Assembly: GCA_943787795.1 (NCBI GenBank)
Contig: CALSNU010000005.1
Span: 214,032-278,031, forward strand
Length of the DNA stretch: 64,000 nucleotides
Reading direction: 5' to 3'
From: an uncultured bacterium
Lineage (GTDB): Bacteria > Planctomycetota > UBA1135 > GCA-002686595
The notes beneath the pieces are model-generated. The model was not told the DNA's origin. It worked only from the letters and a program-made list of their open reading frames with translations, and did not search any database. The translations under genes and the position numbers were made by a program. Shown here in pieces: positions 47,139 through 56,460 of the stretch (the first letter of the stretch is position 1; the number at the start of each line of letters is the position of its first letter).

Positions 47139-49335
47139 GTGCAGCCTCTCCTGAAGAGACTCCTGATCTTCGCCGCCTGCCTCCTCCTCGCCTGGTCGGC
47201 CCACCGCCCCCTGCTGGGGGCCGGGTTTCTCGGCTCCGACGCGGCGGTCCTCGAGGACACCCAGCGCGCGTTCGACTTCGAGGAGAGCGGCGCCCCGTGG
47301 GGCGTGGCCGCTGTGGACCACCGGCCGGTGGCCGCGCTCTCCCTCGCGTTCTCTCGTTCCCTGCGTGCCGCCGAGGGTGTCTACACGCCCGGGGACGCGG
47401 GCCGCCTGAGGCTTGAGGGGCTGATCCTCCTCATGGTCGCCGCCTTCGGGGTGAGGAGCGCCGTCGCCAGAGCCATGGAGCCCTGGACCGGCCGGGAGCA
47501 CGCGCGCGCAGCGGGGATCGCCTCGGGGGCGCTCCTCCTGGTCCACCCGCTGCTGGTCCCGCTGGCCGCGCACCTGCCCGCCCGCGGGGACGCGATCGGC
47601 CTCGCGGCCAGCGCCTGGTCCGTGGCGTTCCTGCTCCGCGGACGGCAGCGGCGACGCACGGGCTTCCTCGTGATCGCCTTCTTGCTGGCGCTGCTCGCGG
47701 CGGGCGCCTCACCCGCCGCGCTGATCCTGCTGCCACTGAGCTTCGGCCTCGAATTCGTCGCGGCGCATCGCCACCGCCCCTTCCGAGCGCGGCTCCGGAC
47801 CTCCCTCCAGGTCGCCGCCTGCTACGGGGCGGCGCTGCTGATGGAGTTGGGCGTGCGGCGCGCCATGCAGCCGCCCAGCTTCACGACGGCGGTGGCTGAG
47901 CCCCTGGACCCCGCGCTCATCATCGCCGGAGATGGCGGCGGGCTCCTGCGGGTCCTCGCGGTCTCCGCGGAGAAGGTCGGGGTCGTCGTGCTCCCGGTGA
48001 ACACGACCGGCGTCGGGGCCGTCGGGTACGGGCTCGCGGTGCTCGCGCTCCTGGTGGCCCTGCACCCCGGCATCGTCGCGGCGCGCGCCGCACCGCGGCT
48101 ATGGGGGCGCTTTCTTGCTGGCTGGGCGGTCGCCTTGCTGGTCCTGCTCCTCCTCGGCACGCGGCAGCGCTTCCTCCCGTCCAGCCTCGGCGACCTTCAA
48201 GGAGCGACCTTCCTCGGCGTGTGCATGGCGGTCGGGCTCGGCACGTCGGCGACGGCGCTCGCCGGTATGCGCAGGACCGTGCTCCCGGTGACCGTCGGCG
48301 CCCTCTACGCGTTCCTGGCCGCGGGCAGCGGTCAGACGATCGAGGCGGCCGCGGCCGAGGTTGGTGCGCTCCAGGGAGCTGTGCTTGAGGCGGCTCGCGA
48401 GGACGATTGGGCGCGGACGGTGGTGGTCCTCGATCCCCCCAGGTTCGTGGCCGGGGTCCAGGCCCTTCGGCAGCAGGAGGACCGAAGCCTGGCGTCGGCA
48501 CCCTTCGTTCCGCGTGGCTCGCGGCCCGTGGACGTCCTGGGGCTCGAGAGCGAGTCCTTCTGGGCCGTGGCCACCGCCTCGTCCGACTTCATGGCGCTCC
48601 GCGAGCGTGGCGTGACGCTCCTGCTGCCGGCCGAGACGGCCGAGGCGGGGGGGGGAGAGCCAGAGGCGGGCGGTCCGCCTCCCGATCCCCAGCGCAGGCA
48701 CCGGGCTTGGGGAGCGCGGTGAGTTCGGCTGGGTGGGTGAGGGGGCGTCGCCGGCGTCGAGGTCCTTCGACCCCTTCAGCGCCTCGAGCGTGCGGGTCAT
48801 CGCGCGGGCCGGGACCAGCGGCGAGCCGCTCGAGCTCTCGACGCCCGTGGTTCGCTGGAGCGGTTCGGCGAACGGCGGCGTGGACGGCACGGCGGAGGGG
48901 GTCTGGGTCAGGGCTGAGAACGGCCGGACCGAGGCGATCTTCAGCCCCGGAGATGACCTGGACTGGCTGGCCTCTGGCGAGATCATGGCGGTCTGGTTCC
49001 CCGGCGCTCTCGCGCGTCCCGAAGGCGCGGTCATCTCCTCGTCGCCACGGCGGCTACCGGAGGCGGTGGTGCCGCGGGTGGTCGGCGATGACTGGACCTT
49101 CGACCTCGGCGAGGCCGTGCTCGCGCCGCCGATGGACGAGGTCAAGGAGGAGTGGGTCCTGTGGGTGGTGGACCCCCGAGGCGGCAAGTCGATCCAGCTC
49201 GAGGCGCGGATGGCTGCGACCGGTCGCCTCACGGTGGACGGCGCGGCTTGCTTCCAGAACCTCGACGTGCTCTGGGTCCTCGACCGCCGGCTCGACGGAG
49301 TGGCGGTGGACCGAGCGCGCGGTCGCCGTCGCTAG
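47139..49335 (+). pseudogene. Polytopic membrane protein (GT-C/TMTC-like N-terminus) split by a +1 frameshift, probably at G9 (48647-48655)
   Basis: Frame A 47139..48722 has many TMs plus HRPV and VHPL...ARGD. Frame B is open from 48616 to 49335 and reads [13 protein letters not shown]...GEFGWVG immediately after the G run. Could be a sequencing error. Confidence 0.6.
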
Positions 49336-49348
49336 TATCCTGCCCGCC

Positions 49349-49699
49349 ATGTCGACCCAGCCCTCCACCTCCCTCGAGTCCTTCCCCAATCCGAACCCCG
49401 GGCGCGATTACGAGATCCGCTTCGATTGCCCCGAGTTCACGTGCGTGTGCCCGAAGACCGGCCAGCCGGACTTCGCGACGATCCGGATCCGCTACACCCC
49501 GGCGGAGCGGTGCGTGGAGCTCAAGAGCCTCAAGCTCTACCTGTGGTCGTTCCGCGACGTCGGCTCGTTCCACGAGGCGATCACCAACAAGATCATGGAT
49601 GACCTGGTGGCCGCGGTCGCCCCGAAGAAGATGGTGGTCGAGGGTGACTTCTACGTGCGCGGCGGCATCGGCACCGTCGTGGAGGTCCAGCACCCCTGA
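49349..49699 (+). CDS. queF: NADPH-dependent 7-cyano-7-deazaguanine reductase (type I)
   Basis: [33 protein letters not shown]. Confidence 0.95.
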   Translation: MSTQPSTSLESFPNPNPGRDYEIRFDCPEFTCVCPKTGQPDFATIRIRYTPAERCVELKSLKLYLWSFRDVGSFHEAITNKIMDDLVAAVAPKKMVVEGDFYVRGGIGTVVEVQHP

Positions 49700-49822
49700 A
49701 CCTCGGGCATCGCGCTGGCGCGCGACGCTCCGTCGAGGTTGCAGCTGCTGGACCCGCGCCTCGAGACGAGGGCCCGTGGACATCGCTCGACGGCACCGCA
49801 GGCGCGGCCATGCCCGAGTGGT

Positions 49823-49894
49823 TCCCTCGCCTTGACCGGCTCCCTCGTCTTGACCGGCTCCCTCGTCTTGACCGGCTCCCTCGTCTTGACCGGC
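49823..49894 (+). repeat. 18-bp tandem repeat x4 (TCCCTCGTCTTGACCGGC)
   Basis: Visible directly; followed at about 49955-50010 by GACGCCCGGCCCGC repeats. Confidence 0.85.
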
Positions 49895-50111
49895 GGAGTG
49901 AACTGCGTCGAGGCTCCGGCCGCCGGGAGAGGTCTCCTGTTCGGTGGACCTGACGACGCCCGGCCCGGCCCGCGACGCCCGGCCCGCGACGCCCGGCCCG
50001 CGACGCCCGGTGCGCCCCGTGAGGATCGACGGCGTCGAATTGGGGAACGCCGCCACTGTGCTGGGTCTTCCGCGGCGCTCGACCGCCTGCAGGGCTAGAC
50101 GCCGTGCATGG

Positions 50112-51140
50112 CTAGGTGCTGCGCAGGGCGCGGTCGATGCGAGGGAGGACCTCGGCGTAGCGGCGGTCCAGCCCGAAGTGGCCCCCTTCATGCTCCACGT
50201 GTTCGTGGGGGATGTGGAGCTCTGTGAGGGCCTTCACGAGGCGGCGGAGCCCGAACTGGAGCCCGAACTCGTCCTTCAAGCCCGCCTCGAGGTAGAGGAG
50301 GTCCAGACCCTGGAGCGCGGCGGTGTGCTCGCGCGCAGCCTCCACCGGGTCGAAGGCAAGGAACCGCGCCCACACGTCGGCCCGGCGGGCGCAGGTCTCC
50401 GGGTCAAAGGGGAGGTCGAAGCCCAGGGGAGACTCAGGGTTGGGCGCGTAGCACGCGGACATGGCCAGGACGTTGATGGCCGCGTGACCATCGCCTCCCA
50501 GGTCGTGCTTCTCGGAGAACTCCTCGAGCCAGCGGGCCGGGTCGCCGCCGTGGGGAAGGAGGGCGCGAGCCGCTCCGACCATCTCGGGTCCCAGGGGCAG
50601 CTCGAAGTCGCAGTCGCCGCTGATCGAGGCCGCCGCGCGGAAGACGCCCGGATACCCCATGGCGAGGTGCAGGGCACCGAACCCGCCTGAGCTCTTGCCG
50701 CAGACGCCGCGCGCGCCGTCCAGCGTCGGGTAGGTCTGGTCCACGAAGGACACAAGCTCCTCGGCGACGTAGTCCGCGTAGCGTCCGGTGGCGCTGCTGT
50801 TCACGTACTGACTCCCGCCCAGTCGAGTGAAGGCGTCTGGCATGACCAGGATGCACCCCGGCGCTCCGGAGGTCTCCAGCGCCCGGTCGTAGGCGAGCAC
50901 GGCGCCCGTCTTCCACGGGTGGGTCTCGAGCATCGACTGGCCGCGTCCGGTGAAGCCGGAGAGGCAGAAGATGACCGGGAGCGGCTCTCCGTCGAGGGCC
51001 GCGGGGGGCAGGTAGACCGGCACCTCGCGGGTGGCCGGATCACCGAGGTGGTTATCCCTCAGGGCATCGCTCTCGAAGGGGCGCGTCTCCACCGCGCCCC
51101 TGAAGGCGGACGGATCGCGGCGGTACAGGCCCGCGCTCAA
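50112..51140 (-). CDS. Esterase (enterochelin-esterase-like alpha/beta hydrolase)
   Basis: VYLPP, GGSQYVNS, nucleophile GKSSGG, EGGH. TTG start overlaps the add stop. Confidence 0.85.
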   Translation of the reverse strand: MSAGLYRRDPSAFRGAVETRPFESDALRDNHLGDPATREVPVYLPPAALDGEPLPVIFCLSGFTGRGQSMLETHPWKTGAVLAYDRALETSGAPGCILVMPDAFTRLGGSQYVNSSATGRYADYVAEELVSFVDQTYPTLDGARGVCGKSSGGFGALHLAMGYPGVFRAAASISGDCDFELPLGPEMVGAARALLPHGGDPARWLEEFSEKHDLGGDGHAAINVLAMSACYAPNPESPLGFDLPFDPETCARRADVWARFLAFDPVEAAREHTAALQGLDLLYLEAGLKDEFGLQFGLRRLVKALTELHIPHEHVEHEGGHFGLDRRYAEVLPRIDRALRST

Positions 51141-52234
51141 CCCGCGAGCTCCTCTTTCAGCGCCGCGTAGGCCGGTGCGATCCGCTCATCGATAATCCTG
51201 TGGCGTTCCGCGTAGGGGAAGAACGCGGCGTTCATCGCGTTGACGGTCACCCGCTCGAGGTCGTCGAGGGTGCACCCGAACTGCTCGACCGCCACCCGGA
51301 ACTCGTCCGTCATGGTGGTGTGGCTCATCAGGCGGTTGTCGGTGTTCAGCGTGACCCGGTAGCCCTGGCGGAGGAGGTAGGGGAAGGGGTGCTCCTTGAT
51401 CGACTTGACGGCGCCGGTGTGCAGGTTGCTCTGCAGGCAGCACTCGATGGGGATGCGGTGGTCGAGGATGTAGGTGGCGAGGCTCCCCACCTTGATCACC
51501 TTGCCGTCGTAGATGGCGATGTCGTCGATCAGGTGGGTGCCGTGCCCGATCCGGTGGGCGCCGCAGAACTGGAGCGCCTGCCAGATGCTCTCCGGTCCGA
51601 AGCTCTCCCCGGCGTGGATGGTCAGCGAGCCGTTGCGCCGCTTGATCAGCTGGAAGGCCTCGATGTGGTGCTTGGGCGGATGCCCGGCCTCCTCGCCGGC
51701 GAGGTCGAACCCGCAGCAGCCGCGCCCGAACCACGAGACCGCGAGCTCTGCGAGCTTGAGGGACAGCTCGGCGGACTGGTTGCGCATGGCGCACACGATC
51801 AACCCGGACTCGACCCCGAAGTCCTGCTCGCCGCGCTTGAGGCCGCCGATCACCGCGCCCATCACGGCGTCCAGACCCAGGCCGCCCACCGTGTGAAAGT
51901 GAGGGGCGAAGCGCACCTCGAGGTAGACGCAGTGCTCTGCCGCGCAGTCCTCCACGAGCTCGTAGGCCGCGCGCTCCAGGGCCGCGGGGGTCTGCAGGAC
52001 CGCGATCGTGTGCTGGAACCCCTCGAGGTACTGGGGGAGTGAGCCCCGGTCGGCGCCCTCGAAGAACCATCGGCCCAGCTCGGTGGGGTCGGACTTTGGC
52101 AGGCCCTGGTAGCCGCATTCAGCGGCGAGGTCGAGGACCGTCGCGGGACGGAGGCAGCCGTCGAGGTGCTCGTGGAGGAGCACCTTGGGGGCCTTGCGGA
52201 GGATCTGGTCGTTGAGGGGCGCGGTCGAACTCAT
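51137..52234 (-). CDS. add: Adenosine deaminase
   Basis: LHEHLDG, YLEVRFAP, GFDLAGEE, TIHAGE, RIGHG, NTDNRLMS. Confidence 0.93.
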   Translation of the reverse strand: MSSTAPLNDQILRKAPKVLLHEHLDGCLRPATVLDLAAECGYQGLPKSDPTELGRWFFEGADRGSLPQYLEGFQHTIAVLQTPAALERAAYELVEDCAAEHCVYLEVRFAPHFHTVGGLGLDAVMGAVIGGLKRGEQDFGVESGLIVCAMRNQSAELSLKLAELAVSWFGRGCCGFDLAGEEAGHPPKHHIEAFQLIKRRNGSLTIHAGESFGPESIWQALQFCGAHRIGHGTHLIDDIAIYDGKVIKVGSLATYILDHRIPIECCLQSNLHTGAVKSIKEHPFPYLLRQGYRVTLNTDNRLMSHTTMTDEFRVAVEQFGCTLDDLERVTVNAMNAAFFPYAERHRIIDERIAPAYAALKEELAG

Positions 52235-52322
52235 GCTCTGAGTGTAGGCCCGAGTCCTGTCGAGTTCGCCCCGGCGGTCGTATCCTCTTCGGCTCCTTCT
52301 GGACTCCCACCCCTGCGCCGCC

Positions 52323-53795
52323 GTGACCGATCTCAGAGTTCGCATCGCCCCAAGCCCCACGGGCACCGTCCACCTCGGCCTTTGCCGGACCGCGCTCTTC
52401 AACTGGGCCTACGCCCGCGGCCGCGGCGGGGCGTTCATCCTGAGGGTCGAGGACACGGACAGGACCAGGAGCACCGCCGAGAGCGAGGCGGCGATCCTCG
52501 ATGGGCTTCGGTGGCTGGGGATCGACTGGGACGAGGGGCCCGGGGTCGGCGGACCCCACGAGCCCTACCGCCAGTCCGAGCGCAGCGAAGGCCACGAGCG
52601 GGTCGCCGCGCAGGTGCTGGAGTCCGGCCATGGCTACCGGTGCTTCTGCACCCCTGAGCGCCTCGACGAGCTCAGGGCCGCCCAGGAGGCGAGCAAGGAG
52701 ACCCCTCGGTACGACCAGCTCTGCCGGAGCCTGAGCGCCGAGGAGTCCGACCGTCGAGCGGCGACGGGGGAGGAGCACGTGCTCCGCTTCCGCGTGCCCG
52801 AGGGGGAGACCGTGGTCAAGGACCTGGTGCGCGGTGACGTACGGTTCGACCACGCTGAGGTCGACGACTGGATCATGGTCCGCCGGACCGGTGCCGCGAC
52901 GTACAACTTCGTGGTGGTGTGCGACGACATCGACATGCGCATCAGCCACGTGTTCCGGGGAGAGGAGCACCTCGTCAACACGCCGAAGCAGGTCCTGCTC
53001 TACGGTGCGCTGGGTGAGCCGGCGCCGGCCTTCGGGCACCTGCCGCTGATGCTCGGGACGGACCGCAAGAAGCTCTCAAAGCGCACGGGGGATACCGCGC
53101 TGGGGGACTACATCGCGAAGGGCTATCCCCGCGAGGCCATCGTCAACTTCCTCTGCCTGCAGGGCTGGGCCCTCGACGGCGAGACGGAGGTCTTCGACAC
53201 CTCCACGTTCGTCAAGAACTTCGACATCACGGACGTGCAGAAGGCCGGGGCGGTCTTCGACCCGAAGAAGTTCCTCTGGCTCAGCGGCGACACCATCCGC
53301 CGGATGCCCGTCGACGAGCTGCTGGCCGAGGTCACGCCATTCCTCGAGGCCGAGGAGCTCGCGAGCGCCGCGGACGTAGAGGCGCGCCGCGCGTGGTTCG
53401 AACAGCTCATCGCCGGGGAGCAGGAGCGCATCGAGCTCTACAGCGAGCTCCCCGCCCGCGTGCGCCCCTTCTTCGAGGCCGACGGCCAGGTGACGTACGA
53501 GGAGGCGGCGGAGAAGAACGCGCGCAAGCACGAGGCTCGGGCCGAGCACCTCGCGGCGTTCGCGGGATGGCTGGGGGAGCGCTCGCTCGCCGGTGAGTTC
53601 GACGCCGAGTCGCTCTCCGCCGGGATGAAGGCCTGGGTGAAGGAGCGCGAGCTGAAGTTCCCGGCGCTGTTCCAGCCCCTGCGCTGCGCCCTCACCGGGA
53701 TGCCGGGCGGCCGGGACCTCGGGGACTGCATCTCCCTGCTGGGCCTGGACCGGACCCGGACCCGGATCGAGGCCGCGATCCAGCGCCTCGGCTGA
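52323..53795 (+). CDS. gltX: Glutamate--tRNA ligase
   Basis: RIAPSPTG-HLG (HIGH-like), LRVEDTD, CFC, RGEEH, KLSKR. Confidence 0.96.
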   Translation: MTDLRVRIAPSPTGTVHLGLCRTALFNWAYARGRGGAFILRVEDTDRTRSTAESEAAILDGLRWLGIDWDEGPGVGGPHEPYRQSERSEGHERVAAQVLESGHGYRCFCTPERLDELRAAQEASKETPRYDQLCRSLSAEESDRRAATGEEHVLRFRVPEGETVVKDLVRGDVRFDHAEVDDWIMVRRTGAATYNFVVVCDDIDMRISHVFRGEEHLVNTPKQVLLYGALGEPAPAFGHLPLMLGTDRKKLSKRTGDTALGDYIAKGYPREAIVNFLCLQGWALDGETEVFDTSTFVKNFDITDVQKAGAVFDPKKFLWLSGDTIRRMPVDELLAEVTPFLEAEELASAADVEARRAWFEQLIAGEQERIELYSELPARVRPFFEADGQVTYEEAAEKNARKHEARAEHLAAFAGWLGERSLAGEFDAESLSAGMKAWVKERELKFPALFQPLRCALTGMPGGRDLGDCISLLGLDRTRTRIEAAIQRLG

Positions 53796-53877
53796 TGGCT
53801 CTGGGGCCCGAAGCCATCCAGCGGTCAAGGTCCAGCGGCTCCCGGCCGATGATCCACGTGCCGCGCGAGCGGCTGTC

Positions 53878-54564
53878 ATGACCTCCCCCGAGCCCCAGGA
53901 CCTCAACCAGCGCCGCGACGAGATGGTCGCGGACCTCACGGCCAAGATCGCTGGCGTGAGCGGGCGGGGGGGCACGGCGGCCAGCGCACGGCCGCTGCGG
54001 CTCTCGCGGATTCGCCTGCGGACCCTGGTCCTGCCGGCCTTCGCCGTCGGCCTCATGCTGTACTTCGGCCGAGGAGCCGCGGCTCCGCTCGGCGTCGAGG
54101 CCGCCTTCAAGCCTGGATCGGGCGGCGCCTTCGCGGGCTTCGTCGAGGTCGTCCCCGGTGGCGGAGCCGCTGGGACATCCACGAGAGAGGCGGCGATCGG
54201 CGCGGGGGCAGGGCTGCCGAAGGGAGAGATCCCGGTGGAGCCCGGTGACCTGGTCGGGACCACCGACGGGTCGCCTGGCACGCTCACCCTGGGCCGGGGG
54301 GAGCTCGAGCTCCACGCCGGCTCGCGGGCGCTGGTGGAGAGCGTCGTGCCGCCGCGGGTGCGGCTGATCGGGGGCAGGGCCGTCGCGAGGGGCCAGCTCC
54401 GCGTCGTCACGCCCCACGGCCTCCTTGACCTCCGCGCGGGGGAGCTGCAGCTCGGGATCAGCCCCGAAGGCCTGCGCCTGATGTTGCGCGCTGGTGAGGC
54501 CTCGCTGGTGTCGCCGGACGGCGCCGGCCCGCTCTCCGTCGGGGAAGAGCGCCTGGTCCGTTGA
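53878..54564 (+). CDS. Hypothetical single-TM protein with a beta-rich (FecR-like) C-terminus
   Basis: TM LVLPAFAVGLMLYF; PGDLVGT, LIGGRA, VVTPHG, GEA. Confidence 0.5.
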   Translation: MTSPEPQDLNQRRDEMVADLTAKIAGVSGRGGTAASARPLRLSRIRLRTLVLPAFAVGLMLYFGRGAAAPLGVEAAFKPGSGGAFAGFVEVVPGGGAAGTSTREAAIGAGAGLPKGEIPVEPGDLVGTTDGSPGTLTLGRGELELHAGSRALVESVVPPRVRLIGGRAVARGQLRVVTPHGLLDLRAGELQLGISPEGLRLMLRAGEASLVSPDGAGPLSVGEERLVR

Positions 54565-54595
54565 CGCGTGTCGGCCTCCCGGGGAGCATCCTCGG

Positions 54596-55474
54596 GTGAT
54601 CGCTCCGCGCCGCTTCAGTCGACTCCGGATCGCCGCGTTCGCGGCGATCGAACGGCTCGCTGTGCTCCTTGGGGGGCGCGCCATCTACAGGCGCCGCCAC
54701 TTGAGGAGGGACCGCCTCCACGTCCGCGAGGAGTGGATCGAGGTCCCGGATCTGCCCGCGGAGCTCGAGGGGTTCAGCGTCGCTCACCTCTCTGACTTGC
54801 ACGCCGGCCCATTCCTCGGGAGGGGCGACCTTGCGGGCGTGCGCAGTGTCCTCGAGGAGCTCAGGCCGGACGTCGTCTGCTGGACGGGAGACTTCGTCGT
54901 GCACGGGATCCACAACGTGATGCCGCTCCAGGAGGAGCTCGCCAGCCTCGTCGGGGCGCGCGCGACGTACGCGGTCTTTGGCAATCACGACTACCTGCAC
55001 CGGGAGGAGTGGCGCTTCGTCGAGGTCATGGAGCCCGCGGGCTGGCGGTTCCTGCGGAACGCTTCCGAGCTGCTCGAGGTGGGCGCTGCGCGGGTCGGGT
55101 TCTGCGGTATCGAGGACCCTGAGGAGGGCAAGGTGGTGGACGTCGAGGGAGCCGTCAGAGGGCTCCTCGGCGCCGAGGCGGATGAGCGCCCGGACCTGAT
55201 TGTCGCGCTCTCGCACGGACCCCGGGCGGCCCCGGAGTTTGCGGCGCGCGGCGCGCAGGTGGTGCTGGCTGGCCACTCCCACGGGACGCAGGTCGACCTC
55301 CCCCTCCTGCGCGACCTCGGGCCATCCCACCCGGGCCTGAGGGTCGAGCTGGGCGGCACGACCCTCGTGGTCAGCCGGGGCCTCGGTGTCATCGGCGCGC
55401 CGCTCCGCGTCGGGGTCCCCGCCGAGGTCGTGGTGCTCCGGTTCCGTACGGCGCCGAGGGGCGGTGGAGGCTAG
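54596..55474 (+). CDS. Metallophosphoesterase (YkuE-like)
   Basis: HLSDLH, TGDFV, GNHD, LSH, LAGHSHG, VSRGLG. Confidence 0.88.
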   Translation: MIAPRRFSRLRIAAFAAIERLAVLLGGRAIYRRRHLRRDRLHVREEWIEVPDLPAELEGFSVAHLSDLHAGPFLGRGDLAGVRSVLEELRPDVVCWTGDFVVHGIHNVMPLQEELASLVGARATYAVFGNHDYLHREEWRFVEVMEPAGWRFLRNASELLEVGAARVGFCGIEDPEEGKVVDVEGAVRGLLGAEADERPDLIVALSHGPRAAPEFAARGAQVVLAGHSHGTQVDLPLLRDLGPSHPGLRVELGGTTLVVSRGLGVIGAPLRVGVPAEVVVLRFRTAPRGGGG

Positions 55475-55483
55475 AGTCTCGCC

Positions 55484-56362
55484 GTGCAGGGAAGTCTCAG
55501 ACTCCACGCCGGCGTGCTCTTCGTCGGCCGCCAGGCGTTGACCGCAGAGGTCTCGTCCCACGACCTCGACGGCCGCCCGCTGGAGACGCGCTTCAGCTTC
55601 CGTGATGTGGACGCTGGCCGATCCTCGGTGGACGGTATCGACGTGGACGCTGACCGGCGGCTCTGGATCGCTGACGGCGCGTCCGGGAAGGTACGCTGCT
55701 TCACGCTCTTCGGCGTGGAGGTCGCGTCCGTTGGGGACGAGAGCGCGGGCGCCGACGCGCGCGGTGCGCTCGGGCAGCCGGTGGACCTGCGCGTGGTCGG
55801 AGCCGACGACGACATGCTGCTCCTCGTGGCCTCCGGCGGAGATCGACGCCACGCCCTGCAGGTGCTGGTTCCGTCCGGTGGGAAGGGCCGGTCCATTGCG
55901 CCCCTGGGGGACCCTGAGGGTCGATTCAAGCGGATCCGGGGGGTGGATTGGCGCGACGGGGAGCTGGCGGTCGTTGAGGCTGGCGCGCGACGCGTCCAGG
56001 TGTTCGAGGGCGCCCTGGCCGGCCGCCTCGTCTTTCGGTTCGCGTTCCAGGTCCCCGAGGAGCTGGGGGAGCCCGAAGCGGTGGCGTTGGCCGGGCAAGG
56101 GAGGTTCCTGGTGGTGACGCGCGGCGATCGATCCGGGCTGCACCTGTTCGACGCCGCGGGCCGCCCTCTCCGCTGCGTGGCCGGGGATGAACGTGAGGTC
56201 GGAGAGGGGGGCGTGGACCAGCCTTGCGCGGTCGCGCTGGACCTGGCCGGGTCGGACCGGCGGAGTCGCGCGTGCGTCCTCGACCGGGAGGGGGAGCGGG
56301 TGCAGGTCTTCTCTCTCGATGGGCGGAGCTTCGGCTCGATCCTCGGCCTGGGAGAGGGGTGA
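55484..56362 (+). CDS. NHL-repeat beta-propeller protein
   Basis: Repeated units: GIDVD...LWIAD...KVRCF, RRVQVF, QPCAVALD...RVQVFSLDG. Confidence 0.7.
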   Translation: MQGSLRLHAGVLFVGRQALTAEVSSHDLDGRPLETRFSFRDVDAGRSSVDGIDVDADRRLWIADGASGKVRCFTLFGVEVASVGDESAGADARGALGQPVDLRVVGADDDMLLLVASGGDRRHALQVLVPSGGKGRSIAPLGDPEGRFKRIRGVDWRDGELAVVEAGARRVQVFEGALAGRLVFRFAFQVPEELGEPEAVALAGQGRFLVVTRGDRSGLHLFDAAGRPLRCVAGDEREVGEGGVDQPCAVALDLAGSDRRSRACVLDREGERVQVFSLDGRSFGSILGLGEG

Positions 56363-56460
56363 CGCTCGCATGCGCAGAGGGGGGGGGTAACATGGACGCC
56401 GCGGCCGGTCCTGCCCTCGGGCTGTGACCACCCGTCCGACCGCCGTTCCATACCCCATCC

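Noticed and set aside
49349..49699. queF as part of a 7-deazaguanine DNA-modification (dpd) island
   Set aside because: No dpdA, tgt, queC, queD or queE nearby; consistent with ordinary tRNA queuosine synthesis.
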